Below the pieces are notes generated by a model. The model saw only the letters and a program-made list of their open reading frames with translations, did no database searches and was not told where the DNA came from. A stretch of DNA of 58,431 bases, filler included, from Sluysia triapertura (taxonomy: Eukaryota), in NCBI GenBank assembly GCA_046118255.1. It is 4 parts of 4 records of this genome, joined end to end, with 100 filler letters (N's around TTAATTAATTAA, not from the genome) between each part and the next. Parts side by side here need not be neighbours in the genome. Positions count along the whole stretch, not along the records: positions 1 to 16,310 come from JBJNIA010207034.1; 3 more parts are not named here. One strand, written 5' to 3'. A program made the position numbers and the translations under genes. Positions 1-10,704 of this stretch are shown here, piece after piece; the stretch's first letter is position 1, and every line of letters starts with the position of its first letter.

Positions 1-563
1 GATTAGACCGTCGTCCACTAGTGACGTAAATCGTTTTCTAATCAGCCGAACTTATCTCCAGAGAAACATTTTGTAAGTAGGTTCTATCTTTGTAGGAACA
101 CTTGCAGAGTGATTACTAAAAAATAGGAGGATCCGAAAATGAGGTTGAAATGTTTGTGAAATTGTTTGTTTGGGAGTGAGAATCTTAAACATTATCCATC
201 AAAAAATTGAGTGTGAGGAATTGAAAATTAATTAAATTGTAAAACTAAAGTTAAATTCATTATTTTTAAGTATGACAATAATAATAATAAATGTTATTTT
301 AATGTACAATGTGATTCATGAAAAAATAAATCGAGTAGAGCAAAAGAAAAAAAGAGAGCTGATTGTTAATCGAATTTTGTTTTCGTTGACAGGTTGTACC
401 ACGTAAGTGTGAAAGTCGTATTAGTCGGTTTAATCTGTAAATGAAGTTTTGATGATTTGATGATTCCTGATTGTGAGTTTGAAAGTGATATAAAAGCGAA
501 TACTTAAAAAATTAACAACACAATCGATCATAGCGTAATGTAATGAGAAAAAAGATAATCCAT
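1..563 (-). pseudogene. Decayed signal-peptide-bearing glycoprotein-like ORF (copy A; runs off the window start)
   Basis: ATG at 563 reads MDYLFSHYITL*SIVLLIF*VFAFISLSNSQ..., a hydrophobic N-terminus, followed by several NxS/T sequons. Clear nucleotide homology to 43540-43887 (shared aaaactaaagttaaattcattattttta and tcgagtaga). Confidence 0.35.
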
Positions 564-2119
564 GACTATGGTAATGTTTCTTTATTATTTTTTTATTTTA
601 ATCATTAATTTTATTAAGTAAATAACTTTTGGGGAAACATTGAGTTTATTTTTAAGTTATCGCCAATTAAACCTGAATTTTTGAGAGGCTCCCTGCCCGA
701 ATTCTTTTGAAATATTTTTTATTATAAATTTAATTTAATTTCAAGTTTGATTTTTATTAAGTGATTTGATAATTTTATTTTTGGAAGACCCTTTGTCCAG
801 ATTATTTTGTAAATCCTTTTTGCTATTAGGGTAAAACAAGGCTGTTCGAAATTATGTCTTTATTATTATCAAATTTTTAGATATTGATATTTTTTAAGTG
901 TTGTTGCATTACCTCTGGTTTTCCCGTGGACATATTACTGCGTGCTTAATATTCCTAAATAACAGACTATTGTTGATTTTTGATCATAGTTAATTTGCTT
1001 ATATTTTTGTAGTCATTATAGTATTGAGTTGTTTTTTTCCTTATTTGAAGATAATAAATAATTTTTGGGTTGAATAAATATTATTAAGATAAGAAATTTG
1101 TGATAAATGTACTTGATTTAGTCAATATTGAATTCACTTGAGATTTTATTTAAGTGACTTAAATTAATATTGGATTATTGTTATTATTGATTTAAGACGT
1201 AACAGTATTGTACTTGTTAATTGAATTCGTAAAGACTTTAATTTATAATTAGAATTTGCATTTATTATGTGAACACTGAAAATTTACTGCAATCAGAGAA
1301 TAATCAATAATTTGTACCTATTTTACGATTACTGAAAATATATCGAAATTTAGAACTAATTTAATTATCGATTTATTGTTAATAATTTTGAAGAAAGATG
1401 CAACATTATTAATACATTAAGTATTAAAATAGTATTAGCAAATAACTTCTAAAATTTGAAGATTGTTAGTAATTAATTTTAATTTTAGTTATTTGCGAAT
1501 AAAATTATCGTTCACATTACCTTAGTCAATGGAATAATTACACTAAATATGTATCCGATTCAATAATTTTCTTAAAATTCATAGTAGATGTAATATAGAT
1601 GAAATATTCTGTCCATTGAACATGAAACAAATTTCAATCATTCTGTTGTATTTATTAAAATATATGTAAAAATATTAATCTCAAATACAATTTTAAAATT
1701 TTTATCTCAAATAAATTAATTAAATAATCGTCAAATCTTTTTAATAATGATTAACAATAACTAAATACCAAAATCAAAATAATCAAAAACTTCTATATAT
1801 TTTAATAATCACGATAGGAAATGTAATCTACGAAATGTTCTTTATTCACAATGTCTTTCTAATAAATACCAAATAAAATAAAATTATTGAAATATAAATC
1901 AACCATTTCACAAAACTTTATATTCAATTCAAATCCAGTGGTAGACAACATGATTTAATTGATAACAATATTGATCCTTATATTTTATAATAAACAAAAT
2001 TAAAAAATCAATATTAAAAGTTAAACCGAAAAAAAGGATCGTGATAAGCCACCCTCAGTTCAATCATTGGTTAATAAACAAGATTAATGATGTTAAATGC
2101 TCCAACCGGGATACGTGCA

Positions 2120-2607
2120 CATTTTCAAAATGTACGTTTTAATTACAGGTAGATTCGAGCTGTTATTGATACAGGAGCCACTACAACCGTTACGCATTAT
2201 AACTTTCTAATCACCACAAACAATTTATAACCTAGATCAAATACCAATAAACATGAATGGCATGGTACATGGCCAGTTAACTATATTAGATAATTATGTA
2301 CGTGCATTTATATACGTTTAGTAAAACTGCCCGTTTGATTTAATAAATGGTTTAATAAATTAAACGATATAGTAATCCATAATAAGTTCGGTTTTATAAA
2401 ATTTCTGCAAGGTGTACAAATGATAATACCGCAAGTTGTTGTCCTACATATTGGCGATGAGATTACTTTATATGAAACTCCGATTCAGGCTCCAACAACA
2501 GCACCGAACTTCGAATCTACTAATCCCGTATTGACTTCTTTTCGATTATCCGATGTGCTATGGGAATAATCATCAATTGACTCATCACGGACGTCCGTGT
2601 TCTAGTG
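2120..2607 (+). pseudogene. Retropepsin-type aspartic protease, disrupted
   Basis: IRAVIDTGATTTV at ~2152-2190 (catalytic D-T-G-A). After a frameshift it reads GQLTILDNYVRAFIYV**NCPFDLINGL, matching the C-terminal hhG motif of retroviral-type proteases. Confidence 0.7.
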
Positions 2608-2648
2608 AACTTTCGGATTCATAGGGAATTGACTCTGATGACGCAATA

Positions 2649-3754
2649 ATGCTTACTTTTCTTAAGATAAACAATCATAGTATTAAAAATCATTTTGGAC
2701 ACCATTACTAGTATTGATAGTTTTATTTGTGTCTTTAATCGGTATTGTCAAGATGACAGATCTTGTGGATGAGGCATATAAAAATCTAGGCAATGCCATA
2801 AATAACTGAAAAGAACAGAACATTTATAATGAGTATTGCGAAATAAAGTTTATCTCAAAGAAAATGTTCTTACGTCATAAACTTGATATTAACTGTATTT
2901 ATTTGGAATCATTGCTAATTGGTAAGCCATACCACATAAACAGCATGCTTATAGATCAATGCTAATAGCATTTGCACTAGATACAAAAAGAAACACTCGA
3001 AAAATACAGCGAATAAATCAATAGATAAACATTTAAATTGTAAAGTTAATGTTTTCCCTAGCGGTATGCTGCACAACATCGTAATATTAATAAGTTAATA
3101 GTTATTTCTTTAATTCTTATAGTAGTATATGCAATTTGGATTAAATTACACAGTTGATTTTAGTAGGAAATTACGCATATTTACAGTAAATAAAAATTTA
3201 ATACCTTTAATGATGAGAATGATTACTACAGTACAATGTAATATACATGATGTACGCATTTACAAGACCGAATATCTTGAATTCCGAAATTATGACACAG
3301 AAGTCAAAGTTAAAGTATTGAAAAATGATATTCAAGTTAGATTTACGTGCTTAAAACCTGCCAAACTTAATTTTAGTTCATGGAATATCCAACAATATTA
3401 TATCAACAATACAGTAAATCCTGTTGCTATATGCTCTGATTTCTGACCTATCCTCGGCGAGATTATAACAATTGCATATCACACTAAAGGGAACAAGGAA
3501 ATATCTATAGTTATCATAAATGCTAAAAAATGATCCAGTGATGTTAATATTAATTTTAACCACAATATTATTTATCATCGCTCTGGCAATAGTTATTCTT
3601 GTAATCATTACTTTTGTATCAAATAGATGTAGGCATCTTAATCATAACAATGACGATCGACGTACTATCCCACAGAGGTAATTTTGAACTACCACCAGGA
3701 TTTCCATTGGCCCCACCCCCTGATTATGGATATGCAACAGGTAATCACTCATAA
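2649..3754 (+). pseudogene. Env-like type-I membrane protein, disrupted
   Basis: Hydrophobic N-terminus and Cys-rich segments (FICVFNRYCQDDRSCG); includes ORF 3129-3446. TM helix TTILFIIALAIVILVIITFV at ~3560-3620, then a tail ending ELPPGFPLAPPPDYGYATGNHS* after a frameshift. Confidence 0.5.
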
Positions 3755-3775
3755 TTAATATACGGTGGTTGACAA

Positions 3776-4530
3776 ATGACAAGTTTACAATCAGTTCTGT
3801 TAGCGTACGTATGTAAAACATGCATAATTAATACACATTCAAAATCTATAATTATATTACGACCACGAGTAGCACTTTAAAAGCACTTCAGCGAAATATA
3901 TACGCAGAGTAACACAACTAAAATCACTAATATCTCTGTGTTGTATAACTAATTAGCGTAAGTGTGAATCAGACATAAGCAGAAATGTCAGTCATTGAAT
4001 TGTATTTTGCGAAGGTCTCGTGGAATATCAATTATTTCATGTTACCTTAACTTTAGAAATTGAGTATGAACCAAATCAAAATTCGAGAATTATATAGGTA
4101 CATAATTTATTTTTGATCAACTTTCAAGAACTATTGAAATCGCAATGCTTTTATATCGAGAGAGTAATAACTTCGTTCGTATAACAAATCCACTAATAGA
4201 AAATATTATATTAATTGCCTATAAATTGGATAAAGCAAGTCACTATGCATTAATACTCCCTGACGCTAGGATCCATCTACTTTTGTGCCAGATCATAATC
4301 TTACATTTATCGAAGTTTGAATTTTACACTAGAATGAAATTTATGATACTATGGAATTTTGACCAAATATAGAATATGTGACTTACAAGTACCTATTTTG
4401 GATAAACCGGATATTATCAGTTTCAACACCAGCTACTACTACTTTGAATATATAAAATACTATACATAATGCTACAACCATAGGTTATCCTATCAGACCA
4501 AATAAGAATTTAAGCTTACATTAAGAAAAT
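3776..4530 (+). pseudogene. Decayed orphan ORF between the env-like gene and ORF-X
   Basis: ATG at 3776 just after the env-like stop (MTSLQSVLLAYVCKTCIINTH, CxxC). Coding-like composition, including ORF 4145-4372, with multiple stops. Confidence 0.3.
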
Positions 4531-4552
4531 CATTTACAAGTAAATAAAACAA

Positions 4553-5700
4553 ATGACTATAATAAATTTCTATTACGTCATATTTTGTTACTACATCCTA
4601 ACCTCATTTCTTTTCGTTACGTCAATAATACATGCTGTATTTCAAATTCATAAGTTTTATTTGTTCATTAGGCATAGGAACCATCTTTTTATTAAAGCAT
4701 GTATAGAATATAAAATACAAGTAAAGATATCTCATATTTGCCGACAGCTGTTAACTATCCATTTTCAGTCACAAAAAGAGTGTTACTAAACTCGTATTCT
4801 ATTTACTTAGGATATTTATCGTAATATTATCATCTTACACCCATGTTCTGCCTCTTTCTGTTTACGATAAGGACCGCCTCATCTTTATGGCTTTTCAATA
4901 TGCTATAGATTTCATAAGTCTCATATTACTTGCATCGCCTACACCACTCACAGTAGGCAGTTTCATACTGAGGCCGTTTCTAGAATTTCCTCCGAAATAT
5001 TCAGGCGATAACTGATATCGACCTTAGAGAGGCTAAGGATATCGACGATGTTAAGCCACATCTTACTGGATTTTTGAATAAAATCCTGGTATAATTGAAT
5101 CCCAGTTTCCTCATCGAAGCTTTGAATCTTCCTTTTGGAACTAAGGAGCATAATAAATCTTACTAATCATAATCTTTTCCGTAGAGGATAGTTTGTTGAG
5201 AGCTAGGAAGACGATGAAACTCTTGTATCCCGTCTGTCTTAAATTTACCTTCCGATAATTAGCGAAAGAATTAGTCACATTGTTGGATTTCATTAGGGAA
5301 ATGGACTTGCAATTCATCCAACGATGTAACGATCCCTCTATTTCTACCTCTAATACTAATTCTTTTCCTGTTCTTAAATCAAAATCAACCAATTCGAATT
5401 CCAGGCCTACTCAGATTTCACCAGTACCCCGAACTTTCAAAAAACCTACTCTTCAACCTATTCAAGATCCGCATAGTAATAATCAGGCACAAAAACGAAA
5501 AGCAGCAACACACATGGAGTTATAGCCAGCAGATCTGGACTAGACATTTCAAGATTTCCCTCCTCTGACTTACCGTCCAGGAAAAGTACGACTTCGTCTG
5601 TCACCGAACCGTTACTCAGTCACTTCCACTATCCCGGTTCGATTACTTACCACACATCGATATGATTGAGAATGATCGGACTGATTTCCTAGTTATTTAA
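4553..5700 (+). pseudogene. ORF-X family copy 1 (orphan protein, heavily disrupted)
   Basis: Frames give SYTHVLPLSVYDKDRLIFMAFQYAIDF, *NFLRNIQAITDIDLREAKDIDDVKPHLTGFLNKILV, LRSIINLTNHNL and RKTMKLLYPVCLKFTFR*LAKELVTLLDF, colinear with the 9009-10688 and 37800-38920 copies. Confidence 0.7.
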
Positions 5701-5758
5701 TAATAATTAACGATCCTATATATTGACATTTTATTGTTGATTTGTCGACAAATCTTTC

Positions 5759-6516
5759 AGAAAGGAAAAGTATTTGTTATGACACTTTAATTTTGTATAT
5801 TTTATGTGGTGGCCAACCTTTCACTCGAAATTTTAATTCAACATTACACACGAAATATCACATTTCATAACATTTCACATTTTAATTCTGTAGATGCATT
5901 AAAATTTTAGAAACTTTAAAGCATTTTAAATTCACAATTTCATAACATTAAAACCATAACCAACATCGAAAATAATCAAAAGTATATTTCAAAGTTAATT
6001 CAAAATATTTCAAGTTCACAATTCTTAAACATTCAAATCATTAACATTATTCAAAAACATTAAATTTACATTTCAAAATTATGGTAAAACATCATCATAA
6101 TCAAAATGGAATTTCTTTAACATCTTTAATTAGGTTATTATCTTATTAGGACAGTTATTTATTAATATCTTTTAACACCTTTAACTACGTTGTTATCCTT
6201 TTTAGTTATTACTGAATAAAATCTTTTTAAAAGATAATAAGAACTAAAAGAATTTTATTTCTACGATATGTCAAGATAAACGAATTTAAAAGAATTTTTA
6301 GTCAAGAAATGCTTCAAAAAAAGAAATTGTTAAAAGATAGGAAGATAAACGAATTTATGTACTCATGCATTTTGGTTTATGTTATTTATTTTTATGTTAT
6401 ATTTTAAGAAATACAGGATATAAAGAAAATAAGTTTTACGTAAACTAATTTCATGTATTGTTATTATTTATTATTATCATTATGTATTGTAATTTTATTT
6501 CATTATCATTATAAAC

Positions 6517-6582
<66 letters not shown>

Positions 6583-6900
6583 CATTTGTACTATTACATA
6601 ATTATTTCATATCATTATAATTACCATTATCAAGTATTATTACTACAAACATCCACTATTCATTAGCATTACCCATATTGTCATTGTTCTACTCATTAAA
6701 ATCATCTTTTGTTGTTATTATCACTGTTCGTACTGTCAGTAATGACAGTTTTTCAGTTATCACCCATTATTAAACAACAATTCAATCATCACCCATTATT
6801 AGTCACTATTAAGCTAAAGCAAAATTATTGACCATCCAATCATCATTGTTAGTAGTCTTTGGTATTAGAATTAGCAATAAATACAACAATCTTATTCGAC
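5759..6900 (+). repeat. Polypurine tract plus LTR-like block (type A)
   Basis: atttgtcgacaaatcttt, then purine tract agaaaggaaaag (5759-5770), then TGTTATGAC at 5775. Internal aaacatt..aattcacaat sub-repeats and an (ATT)n tract. The block recurs at 7958-8760. The right boundary is approximate. Confidence 0.55.
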
Positions 6901-7139
6901 AATAATAAATAGATTGTCTCTCGGAAAAAAATAGTAACACAATTACAAGTACTAAAAATAAAATTCATACTTAGAAAATTAATTGAGCTTATTAAAAATT
7001 AACAATAGTCACATTTGCTTTTTAGAGTTAAATGAAATTATAAATTGATAATTTACGAATTTTATCATAAGTTATTAACAATTATCATTAATTGATAATC
7101 ATTTGTAACAATTTATCCTCAACATCGACATCGTTGAAC

Positions 7140-7980
7140 AATGCAATCACTACCGCAGCTACTTCTGAGCAGCTCATATAAGCTGTAAAATTACATCAAA
7201 GATTATTTATAATTATGAGTGTACAGAAACTTGAAAAGAACAGTATTCAATGTTTATCGAATGATAATTCTACCACTGTTATCCACAAATATTTTTCAAC
7301 AAATGATATCATAACCTTGCAAAGTAACAATAATAGAAATTATAGTACAATTGAGTTCTTTGCCAAACATTCGAATGTATTTTAATAGTCCCAATTTCAG
7401 TGAAAATGACATTGAGTCTTGAAAAAAGCATTATGCATCACGATATTAGATTTGACTTTTTTAATCAGTTAAACCTTGATATAGCACCAGATACTGATTT
7501 GACGAGAACGTTATACCGTTTTATGGTAAGATTATACAGCTGTAAAAATAGAACATTTAGACTTATGTCGACAACAATATCATCATGTAAATCACAAGAT
7601 CAGGAATACTCAACATTAGATGTATATCTTCCCAGTATTAAACATAATTTTAATAAAAATCAACAATGAGGTGTGTTAGTATAACAAATGGTCATGATTC
7701 GAATCTTTCATTTCCCACCAGAAATATTTCGTGTAATCGGAACCAACATTTTTTGATGTGTAGACCTAGTAACGATAAATTTGGTGATATGGATCAATTA
7801 AATGACAAGTATAAGTTTACAAAGTATGCACTTTGTCCATTTCAGGCTACTGCATCGGGATCATGTGTAAAGTATGGTGATCTATGCCCTTACGCTCATG
7901 GCTGGAAAGAAATGGTAGCAATTCCGGAAAATTTTCAAGTTCAATTTGGTCATCCTTGTGGTGGCCAACTTTTAGCTTAA
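7140..7980 (+). pseudogene. CCCH zinc-finger orphan gene (frameshifted; ORFs 7400-7669 and 7666-7980)
   Basis: KYALCPFQATASGSCVKYGDLCPYAHG = C-x9-C-x6-C-x3-H, homologous to the finger in 55277-55948. Confidence 0.6.
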
Positions 7981-8760
7981 AGTTAAAATTCTATTTTTTA
8001 TTCACAATATCATAAGTATTAATATTTTATATTCCACCTACTCATATCTATTAGAACCTTTTCATACCTTAAAACATTCAAATTCACAATCTTTCAACAT
8101 CCAAGCTTTATTTACATTCAAAACCATCAATGTTCATTTAAAAATTCATTTAAAACATTATATTCATTATCCCATAACATTAGAACCACAATTATATCTT
8201 AAATCATCAAATATCTACTTCAATATTAGCCCAAAACATTTTAAGTTCACAATCTTTTAATACTCAATATTTTGTATAATCGAAAAACGTTAAACTCATA
8301 CATTAAACTTATTCTAATACAAAAATAACATCACTTAAATCATTTTTAAAAAGAACTCTATAAGAAAATAAATGATAAGAACTTAAGTAATGAAAGAAAA
8401 GAATTTTATTAATTTTATCTGAAGAAATTTTTATGTTAAGAAATATTTATATTCGTCTTTAAATAAAAGAAAGATTGTGTTTCAAAGCTTTAAAGATTTA
8501 TTCATTTTATTTTTATTTTCGTGTTAAGTGTATTATTCTTTAATTTCATAATTATCATTATCACCATTTTATTTTCATCATCATTATCATTATCATTTAT
8601 CATTATCATTACGCAATACTATCAGTAATGACAGTATCAATTTGTACATATCATCCACTGTCATTGCCGATAGTCATACTTATTAAAACATTAATTCATT
8701 ATAATTGCACAGTAGAAATTATAATTTAATTGGTTACTGTTTATGTTACATAAAGTCAGA
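7958..8760 (+). repeat. Second copy of the type-A LTR-like/regulatory block
   Basis: Starts tgtggtggccaac as at ~5806. Same aaacattcaaattcacaat sub-repeats, aaaagaattttatt, ATT/ATC tract and atcagtaatgacagt motif. Confidence 0.6.
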
Positions 8761-9008
8761 GGCATAATCGACGTGGTAGACAGATACGTCGTCTGTATAA
8801 GGCAGGAATATATGAAAAGAAAAATAAGGTAAAGAATCCTTTTTTGAAGAAGGACAATTAAGATATTTTTCTTTTGTTTCCTAAAATATATAAGTTACTT
8901 AATTAAATATATGTAAAATTAAATAAACTAACGATAAAATTTAACCTTTCAAATCTATAAAAATTCACATATCTGCACTTCTATTTAGAATAAACCAAAA
9001 ACAACAAA

Positions 9009-10688
9009 ATGAACAAATCAAATATACAAGCACGCATCATAAACAACATAATTCCATTCTATAACGGAATTGACCGGTTTTGTGGCAATAACGAAACGCC
9101 GTGTCATTTTCGGATCTCAAATATCACCCCTAATATTTTGAAGTGTGAATTGGACGATATGTTCGTCACACACTTATTTAAAATTGATAATATCCAACCG
9201 CCTATTAACGTAAATCAGTTAAGGGGGTTTTCTTTTAATAATAGACCAATAACAATTACGATAGAAGGGATCCCATTGATCACGAACATTAATCCCTCAA
9301 GTAATATTCAAGTGGAGTCAACGGAGTTACCTGCAACATTTGCGGTACTCTTGGCGCAAGTGGAGAAACCTATAGATTTTAAGAAGCGCCCCTTAATTTA
9401 TAATGAAGATAAAATAAATCTCTACAATTGGCAGGAGGGTCTAACTTACTCCCACGACATAGAGACGCCAATGTCGTGCGTAGGATATCTTATTTTTATA
9501 TCTGCCCAATTCGCCTTGGGGTTTGATGACAGGCATCACATTCTCCGAATGTGCTTTATGCCTTACCACAAATTATTTCACGGGAAGCCTTTCTGAGGCC
9601 CCGCATCCGGGTTAAGAATTTTCTAACGGTGGATCATGGTCTGAAAGAGGACCATTTGAAAGAGGCCAAAGATCTTTCGGGCATTAGGGATTTTTGGTTG
9701 GTGGTGTTATATGATAAAATTCTGGTATCTACCTATCCAGAATTAGTAATTAAAACTTTGCAGATTCCCTATAGGTGGATAATGGGAATAATAAATTTAT
9801 CGTGCACAAGTCTATTGCCCCAAACAACGCTTAATCCAATTACGAAAACCCGAAGATTATTAAAATTAATATATCCCTTCCCTCCTAAAACAACTTGCCA
9901 ACAATTAGCTAAGGAATTTATAGAGCTATATAATTTTTTTATATAAAAGAGATCCATCGTTTTTGTCACAAAATCGAGAAGTTGATATTCCTTCTACCTC
10001 CTCTTATCTTAGTACTGATGCGTCTGCTACTAATACTACTACTAATTCTAATACAAATATACATAGTAATATTGACAAGCATGAATCTTGCTCTTCTTTG
10101 CCTTCTATATCCACTGACTTATCCTTAGTACATAAAGGGTGCTGCCTTGATAATAGTTGCAACAAATACGGATTTAGCACTCCAGTTCCTTTCACAGGCA
10201 ACACGCACTTTATATATTAATACAAGACATAAAATAACATCATCATCGAAGTCACCTACGTCATGTCCATCAACATCAATACATATCACGGATAAAAATA
10301 AAGCGTCAAAATGCAATCTGGTTCGTCATCACGGCTTTCACCAACATCTTCATCAAAAATTCAATCTGGTTCGTCATCACGGCTTTCATCAACATCTTCA
10401 TCAAAAATTCAATCTGGCTCATCGTCACAGCTTCCACCAACATTTTCATCAAAAACTAAAACATTATCTGGTTCACCGTCACAACCTCTTTCCAAGCCTC
10501 CACCGGAGAAGAAAAGAAGATCACCATCTCCGTCTGTTGACTTAGACGACATTAGTGATAATAGTGATACTGATAATGTGATTAATAATAATTTAGACTA
10601 TATAGATTTAAATGATGACGACTACCTCACATTTGAGGATGACATCGATGAATTATTATTGTTTCGAAAAAGACATCATAAAAATTAG
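9009..10688 (+). pseudogene. ORF-X family copy 2 (best preserved; about 3 frameshifts)
   Basis: ORFs 9009-9596, 9551-9946, 9963-10220 and 10311-10688 can be joined. The first two junctions are single-base slips in T runs. Globular N-terminal ~310 aa, then Ser/Thr-rich linker, basic KKRRSPSP and an acidic tail. Confidence 0.75.
10311..10455 (+). repeat. 48-bp coding tandem repeat x3 (QSGSSSRLSPTSSSKI)
   Basis: caatctggttcgtcatcacggctttca..caacatcttcatcaaaaatt repeated three times. Confidence 0.9.
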
Positions 10689-10704
10689 AGACCAATTTTT
10701 CGTT

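Noticed and set aside
4980-5260. Alternative genetic code (TAA/TAG = Gln) or RIP-like editing, because some stops align with Gln (TFR*LAKE vs TCQQLAKE; *NF vs QNF)
   Set aside because: PDE4 and LNX end in TAA, and the same pseudogenes also carry TGA stops and frameshifts. Ordinary C>T decay in an AT-biased genome is sufficient.
4963-5392. Minus-strand ORFs 4963-5151 and 5141-5392 (also 9769-9969, 10004-10204, 38462-38740) as genes
   Set aside because: They are antisense shadows of ORF-X; protein conservation among copies is on the plus strand.
5806-5818. gtggtggccaa at 5807 and 7959 as Tc1 TIRs
   Set aside because: They match the Tc1 TIR core but lack the TA-CAG start and the following attattag, and both are in direct orientation within a larger repeated block.
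8770-8795. tggtagacaga as a tRNA primer-binding site
   Set aside because: It does not follow a definable LTR-terminal CA, and I cannot match it to a tRNA without a search.
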